A stretch of 64,000 nt of DNA from Myxococcaceae bacterium (GTDB lineage Bacteria; Myxococcota; Myxococcia; Myxococcales; Myxococcaceae): NCBI GenBank assembly GCA_003818285.1, contig RPRB01000006.1, forward strand, positions 2,504 through 66,503, written 5' to 3'. The position numbers and the translations under genes are program-made. The first letter of the stretch is position 1; the number at the start of each line of letters is the position of its first letter. Positions 51,568-59,459 of this stretch are shown here, piece by piece. Under the pieces are notes generated by a model that was given only the letters and a program-made list of their open reading frames with translations, was not told the DNA's origin and ran no database searches.

Positions 51568-52655
51568 CAGAATGCAAAGCTCACGTTGGTGGCTTCGACC
51601 TTGTCGACGTCGAGCGGGTCGTCCGGGTCCGTCTTGAACGTGATCGAGACCGTGATCGTGCCTGGCCCCCTCTTGGTCTCCCCCGTGTTGAAGGTCTTGT
51701 AGACCCCGGCCATCTCGTCCTCCGGGAAGCGCCCGACGTCGTCGTGGTCGACGTTCGGCGGGAAGAAGGCCGGGGCGCCTGCGTAGAAGTCGACGTCGGC
51801 GTTGAAGATGTCGTCGGTCGCGACGTCCTCGGGCTGAACCACCGGCCACGCCTCGTACCCCATGACCTTCAGGTACCGGGCGAACCAGAGCTTGCCCTCG
51901 TAGCTGGCCTTGCCGCCGATCGCCCCCGGACGGGACCAGGTCACGTCGAAGGTCACCACCTTCTGGCCGACGGCGACAGCGGCAGACTTGAGGGCGTCGT
52001 AGGCGATCCAGATCAGGCGCGTGCCCGGACCGACGGTCTGGGTCTTGGACGCTCCGACCTCGTCGTGGCCGGCAGTCTCGGTCAGCAGGAAGATGTCCCA
52101 GTTGAAGCCGGCCAGGCCGATGTCCGTCGCGATCGACATGGCGAGGACGTTCGAGTAGAGCGAGCTGGCATCGTCGGGCGCAGTGTAGTCTGAGCCGCCC
52201 GCTCCATTCCACGAGACTGTGAACGGCACCTCCTGCTCGCCGAACGGATCGAAGCCGGAGGAGCAGATCGCCCCGGTCAGCGTGTCGATGAGGACGTACT
52301 CACCGGCGTCGATCACGTGGAAGGTCAGCCCGGAGAAGACCTTCGACCTGGGGTCGGCCACCGCAGGGAACGCGTGGAACTTGTTGGGGGCTGCGGTGAA
52401 GGCGGGCACGGGGTCGGCTTCGCTGCCCGGAGGGGCAGACACCTTCTCTGGGAACGGGCCGTAGGCCAGGACGCCGTCCTGCCAGCCGAACCAGGGGAAG
52501 TCCGACTGCAGAGTGATGCGGACGCTGGGGTCCGTGCCCCCCGACGGGATGCTCGAGTCGACCTGCCCCATGCCCTGGACGAACAGCAGGAGATACCGGC
52601 CTCCGGGCCAGTTCACGTTCACCAGGTGCTGGGTGGGGTCGTGGGCTAGCGGCAT
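51567..52655 (-). CDS. hypothetical protein (362 aa) in the small-terminase position
   Basis: Internal ATG (MPLAHDPTQHLVNVNWPGG...) coupled at both ends. Beta-rich. No TerS-like HTH recognised. Confidence 0.55.
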   Translation of the reverse strand: MPLAHDPTQHLVNVNWPGGRYLLLFVQGMGQVDSSIPSGGTDPSVRITLQSDFPWFGWQDGVLAYGPFPEKVSAPPGSEADPVPAFTAAPNKFHAFPAVADPRSKVFSGLTFHVIDAGEYVLIDTLTGAICSSGFDPFGEQEVPFTVSWNGAGGSDYTAPDDASSLYSNVLAMSIATDIGLAGFNWDIFLLTETAGHDEVGASKTQTVGPGTRLIWIAYDALKSAAVAVGQKVVTFDVTWSRPGAIGGKASYEGKLWFARYLKVMGYEAWPVVQPEDVATDDIFNADVDFYAGAPAFFPPNVDHDDVGRFPEDEMAGVYKTFNTGETKRGPGTITVSITFKTDPDDPLDVDKVEATNVSFAF

Positions 52656-53332
52656 CAGCGTGCAGTCCGGCCGAAGGTTCGCTTTGGGAGGTAGCTGTCG
52701 GCCCCTGGGGGCTTGCGGAGGGGCTGGACGCTGGCCCGGTGGTGATACGGGCAGTAGGCCAGCGGACGCGCTCGGCTGGCCCCTGAGGCCCGTGGCGCGT
52801 CGCACACCAGCCCGTCGGGCATCGGCCACTGGCAGCGATCGCCCTCGGGGACGGTGGCATCCCCTGCCGAGGTCGCCATCGGACCCTCGAGGCTGGCGGC
52901 TCCCTTGGTTTCCTTGGACTTCGGAGGCCTCACCTGGTCGATCTGCATGGTCCTGGACACAAACACGGTGGTGTTCCCCATCCCCATGTTGACCCTGCCA
53001 GCCCGAGGCTCAGGTCCGGTCTGAGTGTCCTGGGACTTGTAGTTCGCCTTGGCTCTGACCCTGCTGATCTGACGCATCTTCACGTCCATCCGCACGCCAG
53101 TTGCCCTGCCGGCGGTCCTCGGATACTTCTTCTGCAGGTCGAGGCGGTGGATCTTGCCCCCGACGGCAGAGATCGTGAAGGTGACACAGGAGCGGGGGAA
53201 CTCCGCCCGCATCGCCTTGACGATCTTGGCGATCGTCAGGTAGGCCCCGCGCGTGCCCGAGTACAGGAGCTCGAGGTGCGCGATCTCCTGAGAGGTCCAC
53301 CTGCTGTTCGGGGAGTCGGTCTTTGTCATCAT
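52655..53332 (-). CDS. GcrA-like cell-cycle regulator homologue
   Basis: The N-terminal W-T-x-x-E ... ISAVGGKIHRLDL and the C-terminal CQWPMPDG..C ... YCPYH resemble GcrA (WT.E ... KVHRLGL; C.WP.G ... FC ... PYC..H). The start is at 53332 or 53329. Confidence 0.65.
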   Translation of the reverse strand: MMTKTDSPNSRWTSQEIAHLELLYSGTRGAYLTIAKIVKAMRAEFPRSCVTFTISAVGGKIHRLDLQKKYPRTAGRATGVRMDVKMRQISRVRAKANYKSQDTQTGPEPRAGRVNMGMGNTTVFVSRTMQIDQVRPPKSKETKGAASLEGPMATSAGDATVPEGDRCQWPMPDGLVCDAPRASGASRARPLAYCPYHHRASVQPLRKPPGADSYLPKRTFGRTAR

Positions 53333-53622
53333 CAACAGAAGTCTCGTTTTGTTGCGTACAAGTTTAACGACCAATCCTCATGGTCTTTCTACGTTGACAG
53401 CATTCTCGTTTTCCTGACAGCAATTGCATCCTTCTGTTCTCATGACCTTTCTACGTTGACAGGAACTTCGTTTTGGAACCAGCAATTGCATCCTTCTTTT
53501 CTCATGACCTTTTGGGGTTAACAGAAATCTCGTTTTCCGCGTTGCAATTGCATGCTTCAGTTCTCATGGTCTTTTGGGGTTGACAGAAATCTCGTTTTGA
53601 CCCGTAGAAGTTTAACTGATCC
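53331..53622. repeat. 62-bp phased repeat array, block 1 (units R1-R5)
   Basis: Cores start at 53331, 53393, 53455, 53517 and 53579 (GTTGACAGAAATCTCGTTTT and variants). Confidence 0.95.
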
Positions 53623-53623
53623 T

Positions 53624-53915
53624 GTGAGCCACATACGCCGGGTGTGTGCCTCATCGGCCGGCCAGTGTGCCGGATGTGTGGCCAGAGGTTCAGGTGTGAG
53701 CCGCATACGCTAGCAGTGTGCCTCATCGGTCGGTTCCCCGACAGGTGTGTGGCCAGAGGTTCAGGTGTGAGCCCTCATTGCCAGGTGTGAGACTCACAGG
53801 CGCGGACGGGATCTTGTGCGACGGGTGCAGATCCGATGTGTGGCTCACTGGCCGGGTTGTGAGGCTCACTGCTCCGCTGTGGTCCGGATGTGGGGCGTGT
53901 GTGCCAGGTGTGTTG
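53624..53915. repeat. GT-rich repeat segment (~72-bp unit x2.5 plus GTGAG/CTCAC motifs)
   Basis: Units start at 53624, 53696 and 53767. GTGAGCC / GGCTCAC occurs at least 6 times in both orientations. Confidence 0.85.
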
Positions 53916-54139
53916 GTCAACAGAAGTCTCGTTTTAGTCCGTACAAGTTTAACTTCCATTCCTCATCTTCTGCCAACGTTAACAGGAACTTCGTTTTGAT
54001 CCAAGCAATTGCATCGATCAGTTCTCATCTTCTGCCAACGTTAACAGAAATCTCGTTTTAGCCGACGCAAGTTTACCGATCTTTCCTCATGGTCTTTCTA
54101 CGTTAACAGAAATCTCGTTTTATTCAGTGCAAGTTTAAC
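53916..54139. repeat. 62-bp phased repeat array, block 2 (units R6-R9)
   Basis: Cores start at 53916, 53978, 54040 and 54102. Confidence 0.95.
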
Positions 54140-54482
54140 TGCACTCCTCCCGGAAGCGCCGGCAGTTGCCCTGGCCTCGGTCCCCGCGTTCGTCCTTGAA
54201 CATGCAGGCGCGGCGCAGCCGCTCGCAGCGGCCACCTCTACCACCGCCACCAATGATGTCGCCGATGCCCCCAATGACGCCGCCGCCGCCGCCGCCTCCC
54301 CTTCCACCGCGCTCATCTCCGCACTGCTCTCGGAAGCGCCGGCAGTTGCCGTCGCCCCGCTCGCCCAGCGAGTCACGCATCAGGCAGGCTTGGCGCAGAG
54401 ATCGGCAGTCTTGTGCCTCGACGAGGGTCGGGATCAGCCCGACGGTTGCGAGGGAAGCGGCGATCAGGAGTGCCTTGAGCAT
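54135..54482 (-). CDS. secreted Cys-rich repeat protein (115 aa)
   Basis: Internal ATG. The signal peptide is MLKALLIAASLATVGLIPTLVEA. Two C-X6-C-X13-C-X6-C modules are joined by a poly-Gly linker. Confidence 0.6.
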   Translation of the reverse strand: MLKALLIAASLATVGLIPTLVEAQDCRSLRQACLMRDSLGERGDGNCRRFREQCGDERGGRGGGGGGGVIGGIGDIIGGGGRGGRCERLRRACMFKDERGDRGQGNCRRFREECS

Positions 54483-54499
54483 TTGGTTGTTTCCCCTTG

Positions 54500-54785
54500 G
54501 TTGACAGAAATCTCGTTTTGGAACCAGCAAGTTTACCGATCCGCTCTCATCTTCTGGTGACGTTGACAGAAATCTCGTTTTATTCCCAGCAAGTTTACCG
54601 ACCGATCCTCATCTCTCTTCAACGTTGACAGAAATCTCGTTTTGATCAGTGCAAGTTTACCGATCAATCCTCATGGTCCGTTGGGGTTGACAGAAATCTC
54701 GTTTTGATCGGTAGAAGTTTAGCTTTCAGCTCTCATCTTCTGCCAACGTTGACAGAAATCTCGTTTTCCTGACAGCAAGTTTAAT
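54500..54785. repeat. 62-bp phased repeat array, block 3 (units R10-R14)
   Basis: Cores start at 54500, 54562, 54624, 54686 and 54748. Confidence 0.95.
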
Positions 54786-55257
54786 CATCCTCGCCTGTCG
54801 TCTGGAAGGCTTCGTCCTCGATCTCAGTAAACTCTGCGTCCACGACCGACGGGTCGTCGGGCAGGGATGGGTCGTGCTCGATCAGGGTCGGCGGGCGGTA
54901 GCCCCGGTCCAGGAGCTGCTGCCTGAGCTGGGCGGCGGTCATCTTCGGGCCGCCGTCTGCGCCGACCGCCGCAGCCGTGATCGTCGCATCGACCTGCTTG
55001 GGGATGATCTTGCCGACGAGCGGACCGAAGATGTCGGGCTTCTTGCGGGACAGCCACACCAGGTAACCGATCGCTCCGTCCTTGCCCTTCCCGTCTGACC
55101 CGCTCTTGTGCATGGCGTCGATCACGAGCTCTTGGACGATGCGCCCGTTCTTGTTGGGAATGCCCTTGCGGGTCTTCGTGGCCTTGTCGCCCTTGTGGAG
55201 CGGCTTGAGGCCCCGGTATTGGGGCAGGTCCAGCTTCGGAGATCTTGATCCGGCCAT
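54781..55257 (-). CDS. hypothetical basic/acidic protein (158 aa)
   Basis: ORF MAGSRSPKLDLPQYRGLKPLHKGDK... with an acidic C-terminus. No motif recognised. Confidence 0.5.
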   Translation of the reverse strand: MAGSRSPKLDLPQYRGLKPLHKGDKATKTRKGIPNKNGRIVQELVIDAMHKSGSDGKGKDGAIGYLVWLSRKKPDIFGPLVGKIIPKQVDATITAAAVGADGGPKMTAAQLRQQLLDRGYRPPTLIEHDPSLPDDPSVVDAEFTEIEDEAFQTTGEDD

Positions 55258-55521
55258 CCGACACCAAATCTAGTTGTTTGACGGACCGATGAAGGAACCG
55301 AACCTGGGCGTCGACCTGGCCGAGCGACGATAGGGGCCGCTTCCGGACCTTTTTCGAAACCACAAACTCCTATTAGGAACGTTCGCTGGACCCACCGGAC
55401 CCGACGGTCTGGACGGGGAGGGGCTCCCTATACTGCTCCTACCCTTATTTTAACCCCTTTTCCCCCCTTTCCTACCCGACGGGACAGCATATTCTCACAC
55501 ACACACGTGCAAAGAATATCC

Positions 55522-55600
55522 GTCCAGGCGTCCAGTTCCTCGGCTAACCATCTTGTAATCAAACAATTTTTTGATAGGACGCGTCACTGGACGCCTGGAC
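55522..55600. promoter_or_regulatory. 14-bp perfect inverted repeats flanking an AT-rich 51-bp core
   Basis: GTCCAGGCGTCCAG (55522..55535) and CTGGACGCCTGGAC (55587..55600). The core contains ATCAAACAATTTTTTGAT. Confidence 0.6.
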
Positions 55601-55666
55601 ACGAAAATGGCGGCACCCGTTTTCTGATCTGGACGGCCCGACGGGTGGAGGACGGGTCCGGACGGG

Positions 55667-58444
55667 TCAGCCCAACGGGGGCACCCGTCCGCGATGCTGC
55701 CGGGGTACTTCCGCGTTCAGATCCTGGTCCGTTCGGCTCAGGGTGGTGTGTCCGCCCTGCCGGTTCGCAAGGAACCCAGCCCTCGCATTCCAGTGCGCCA
55801 GCCCCGCCTCGTTCAGCTTCAGACCGCCCACGTGCCGCTGCGGCTGCCCGAACTTGTCGAACTTGAACATTGCGCTATCCGGGTGGAACTTCAGGGCCTT
55901 CGCGAATGCGCCAGGCGACGGGATCGGCAGGCCGTGGTTCTCCTCTCGCCAACTGTGAAACGCCGCGTAAAGATCCGCGCTGACGTTCATCGCGGTCCGG
56001 TCGTACTCGCAGCAATCCCTGACGAAGCCGATCGAGATGTTGCTGTCCTCCCGGAGCTCAGCCGAGGCCTCGTCCATGTCAGGAGTGTACGAGTAGTGGC
56101 CCCTCGCCAGGGCCCGCTTCATCCCGGCAATAGCCCAGTTCAGGACGCCTGACTTCTCCTCCTCAAGCACCCAGTCCGCCGGAGACGAGTAGCCCCTCGC
56201 AACCGCCTCAGCGGCCACGCCCGTCGGGCGCAGGGGGTCGAACACCGTCCGGATGCGCAGGATGGCCAGGCGGTTCTCCATTGCCCTGCTCATCTCCCTG
56301 AACTGCGGCATCACGTTCGCGCCCCAGAACGACGGCCCGCGGTAGACGTGCGCGGTCTGGGCACCGTTCTTGATGTTCACCCCGACGGGGTCCGACGACA
56401 GCAGCGCCTTCACCATCGAGCTGATCTCCCACTTGGACTGATCGAAGGCTTCGTGCAGGACCCAGGGCACGCTGCGGAGGAACGGCTCCGTGCCGTGCGG
56501 CTTTGAGAGCTGGTCGATGGGCTGCGTGATCGGGGCGTTCGTTATCAGGCCGCTGAGGACGTTCAGGAGGGTCGACTTGCCGGAGTTGCTCTCGCCGACC
56601 AGGACCAGAGCCCGCATCAGCGCCTTCTGCTTCCGGGCCAGGAGCGCCATGCCTAGGTTCTCCTGGATGAATGCGACCGCGCCGTCGTCCTTCACGATGT
56701 CCTTGAGCGTCCGCATCCAGATCGGGCAGGCGGCCGCCGGGTCGTACTCGCACTCGATGCGGGCTGTGGCGTAGTCGTCCGGCCTATGCGGCCGGTGGTG
56801 CATGGTTTCCAGGTCGACCAGGCCTGACTGCGTTGAGATCATCCCGTGCGCGTCCCACTGCACGTCAGCTTCGTCCTGGTGGATCTCCCCCATCCGCTGC
56901 AGGTGGGCGATCGTCTCATTGATCACGGTCGTCGTGGGCACGATGCCCAGGGCGTCGCACCCGACGTTGATCTCTCGAGCTAACCAGGACTTTTCCTCCT
57001 TCGTCACCCCGTACATCGCCCACAGCCCATCCCGGTAGCGCCAGGGCACAGAGCCGATGTACATGAGCTGCTCGCCCCGCTGCTCCAGAGCTGCCAGGAC
57101 GCCGGCGGCCAGGACCACGTGGGCGTCCTTCTTGCCCTTTTTCTTCCTCCCCTCCTTGGGCTCAGGCCGGGGCTCGCTCTTCCGCTGCGCACGGACCTGG
57201 TCGAGGTGCACCACCTGGGCAGCCCTCCCCGTCGGGCGGGGTGCTGGCTTCGGCATGGAGGCGAGCTGCTGCATGCCCCGGTTGGCCTGCAGGGAGGCCA
57301 GCTCCGGCGGCTCCCCGCCCATCGCTTCGTCTAGGATCTCGCCGCTGTCGTCCTCAGGATCGTGTGAGCCCTCATCGGCCGTGAGTGCCCTCTCTTCCTC
57401 CACTTGGTCCTCTGGCGGCTCCGCCGGGAACTCGTGGCCCACCTTCTTGATCCACCCCCGCATCGCGCCTCGGACCTTCCGGCGCTCGACGTCCATGTTC
57501 CAGCTGTCCTCGGCGACGCGCTCTAGGGCCTCCATCATCTTGGCCTCGACGAAGTCCTCGGTGTAGCCCTGGGACAGCATGCCCGACGTGACGTCGCGGA
57601 TGGTCAGGTGGACGGAGAAGGTCTCGTCTATGCCCTCGTCCCGGCGCTGCTCCAGGTACTCCATCCGGGCCAGGCGGTCCCGCCAGTCGATGTGGTCGGT
57701 GTAGCCCTGCAGCTCAGCCACCCGGAGGAACGGGTTCTCCTGCTCCGCCACCTTCCGCTCCCGGACCTTTCGCGTCAGCACTGGAGGGGCCTCCTGGGCG
57801 GCCAGGGAGCCCAGCCAGGCGCTCAGCACCGCTCGGGGGTACCTTTCCCCCTCGCCAGCCAGCACGCGCACCAGCGCCCACGCCCCGGCTTTGGTGTTGT
57901 GGGTTCCCGGAACCCGGAGCAGGGTGACAGCGTGCCGGGTCGCCTTGTCCCCCGCCAGGTGGTTTCCAAGGACTTGGAGTTCCGCCTCGTAGGCTCTGAC
58001 GTCCTCGGGTCCGGGCGCATCCGTCGGGTCGGTGAAGAACCAGTAGGCGTGGACGCCCCCTCCGGACCTGTGCATTCGGCTGGGCGGGTTCGGCAGGGCG
58101 GCCAGGGCTGCCAGGACCTCGTCCTCGGTGTTCAGGATGTCCTTGAAGTCGATGTCGACGTGCAGGCACGTCAGGGCGGCCACGTTGGGCTTGACCCGCT
58201 TGTGCCCCTTCAGGATCGGGCTGACGCAGTGGAAGCAGCCCCGCTCGGCCCTGTCGTGCTTGACCAGGAACCGGCGGATGCGCTCTGGGTCCCTCGTCAG
58301 GACGTGGACTTCGCCCTTGCCTGACTGGCCCCGGACGTTGGGCAGGCTGCACACGTAGACGGGGTGGTCGTGCCCCTGCAGCATGTAGTCGACATAGAGC
58401 GTCAGGTCGGCGCCGGGGCCGACTTCTTCGTTAATCTCAGTCAC
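55667..58444 (-). CDS. bifunctional primase-polymerase / SF3 (D5/P4-type) helicase
   Basis: AEP motifs LHVDIDF and SGGGVHAYWFF at the N-terminus. Walker A LVLVGESNSGKSTLLNVL in the C-terminal third. 925 aa. Confidence 0.9.
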   Translation of the reverse strand: MTEINEEVGPGADLTLYVDYMLQGHDHPVYVCSLPNVRGQSGKGEVHVLTRDPERIRRFLVKHDRAERGCFHCVSPILKGHKRVKPNVAALTCLHVDIDFKDILNTEDEVLAALAALPNPPSRMHRSGGGVHAYWFFTDPTDAPGPEDVRAYEAELQVLGNHLAGDKATRHAVTLLRVPGTHNTKAGAWALVRVLAGEGERYPRAVLSAWLGSLAAQEAPPVLTRKVRERKVAEQENPFLRVAELQGYTDHIDWRDRLARMEYLEQRRDEGIDETFSVHLTIRDVTSGMLSQGYTEDFVEAKMMEALERVAEDSWNMDVERRKVRGAMRGWIKKVGHEFPAEPPEDQVEEERALTADEGSHDPEDDSGEILDEAMGGEPPELASLQANRGMQQLASMPKPAPRPTGRAAQVVHLDQVRAQRKSEPRPEPKEGRKKKGKKDAHVVLAAGVLAALEQRGEQLMYIGSVPWRYRDGLWAMYGVTKEEKSWLAREINVGCDALGIVPTTTVINETIAHLQRMGEIHQDEADVQWDAHGMISTQSGLVDLETMHHRPHRPDDYATARIECEYDPAAACPIWMRTLKDIVKDDGAVAFIQENLGMALLARKQKALMRALVLVGESNSGKSTLLNVLSGLITNAPITQPIDQLSKPHGTEPFLRSVPWVLHEAFDQSKWEISSMVKALLSSDPVGVNIKNGAQTAHVYRGPSFWGANVMPQFREMSRAMENRLAILRIRTVFDPLRPTGVAAEAVARGYSSPADWVLEEEKSGVLNWAIAGMKRALARGHYSYTPDMDEASAELREDSNISIGFVRDCCEYDRTAMNVSADLYAAFHSWREENHGLPIPSPGAFAKALKFHPDSAMFKFDKFGQPQRHVGGLKLNEAGLAHWNARAGFLANRQGGHTTLSRTDQDLNAEVPRQHRGRVPPLG

Positions 58445-58532
58445 AATCTCACCCCGCCGTTGTCACGAACAGACGGTTGGGGGACCGACCCGAGCCAAAT
58501 TCCCGGATCGATCCCCCGCTCAGACCGTCAGG

Positions 58533-59459
58533 TCAGCGGCGCCTTGCGGTGCCGCCGTTCTTCTTGGCAGGTGCAGCAGCCCTCTGCGCCGGAGTGGCCG
58601 CGCGCTGGTTCGGGCGGGCTGCCCTGACGGGAGCCTCCTCAGCCTGCGCCTCGGCCTCCTCGCCGGCCTCCTCCCCCTCGTCGCCAGCGTCAGCCGGGTC
58701 GGAGGGGGTGTACTCGAACAGGGACTTCTCCTCCCATCCGACGACCTTCATCGTCGGCACCTTGATCCATCCGAACTCGGGGTTGGAGTGCTTGTACTTC
58801 CTGACGCCGACGGCCACGATCGGCCACTCGTCGGGACGGGTCCGCATCTCCTTGCCGTAGACTTTGCAAAGGTCGCCCATCATGCCCAGGCCGCCCTTCG
58901 ACGAGGTGGCGAACGTGAACAGCTGCTCCTCCTCGGCTTGGTCCCCTGGGGTCTTGAGGAGCAGGTAGTTGCTGTACTGCCAAGGGTCCCGCGCCTTGCC
59001 CTGGTCGTCGACCTCCCACTGCTCCTCGTCGGAGTCACCCAGCTCTTCGCGTCGAGCGGGCCGGAAGCCGGACGCCAGCGGACCCATGAGCTGTTCCGCG
59101 GGCTTGTTGTCCACCCACTTGATCCAGCCGATCATGAGCTGGTTCATGTTGCAGGTGTACTCTGTGCCCTCTTCGATCTCCTCGTCGTCCTCGCCGCACA
59201 GCCAGTCCCCCTTGTTGAACTTCAGGAGCTGCCCGACGATGAACCGACCGGCGAACTGGTCGCCGTAGGCCTCGAAGGCGTTGCGCTCGTTCACTCCGCC
59301 GACGGACGTCTGGGCGGGTCGGGCCACGGCGGTGCCGGTGCTCGGTGGTGCCTCGTCTGCTGGCGGGATGATCGTCTCACGGTTTGGTGCGCGTGGTGTG
59401 CTTCTTACCATTTTTCTGTCTGCCTTCTGCTGTTTCACTGCTTGCTGCTTTCGATCCAC
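58533..59459 (-). CDS. hypothetical protein with acidic then basic tail (possible ssDNA-binding / annealing partner)
   Basis: 308 aa, immediately downstream of the nuclease gene. The tail is DPADAGDEGEEAGEEAEAQAEEA followed by basic residues. The function is a guess from context. Confidence 0.5.
   Translation of the reverse strand: MDRKQQAVKQQKADRKMVRSTPRAPNRETIIPPADEAPPSTGTAVARPAQTSVGGVNERNAFEAYGDQFAGRFIVGQLLKFNKGDWLCGEDDEEIEEGTEYTCNMNQLMIGWIKWVDNKPAEQLMGPLASGFRPARREELGDSDEEQWEVDDQGKARDPWQYSNYLLLKTPGDQAEEEQLFTFATSSKGGLGMMGDLCKVYGKEMRTRPDEWPIVAVGVRKYKHSNPEFGWIKVPTMKVVGWEEKSLFEYTPSDPADAGDEGEEAGEEAEAQAEEAPVRAARPNQRAATPAQRAAAPAKKNGGTARRR

Noticed and set aside
54135-54482. RGD motifs (ERGDGN, ERGDRG) in the secreted Cys-rich protein as integrin-type adhesion signals
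   Set aside because: The tripeptide is expected by chance in an Arg/Gly/Asp-rich sequence. It has no established meaning in a bacterial periplasmic context.
53331-54785. A CRISPR array interpretation of the 62-bp periodic repeats
   Set aside because: The inter-core segments are not unique spacers. They share conserved sub-motifs (GCAAGTTTAMC or GCAATTGC, CCTCAT). The conserved core is only ~20 bp, and no cas genes or leader are present.
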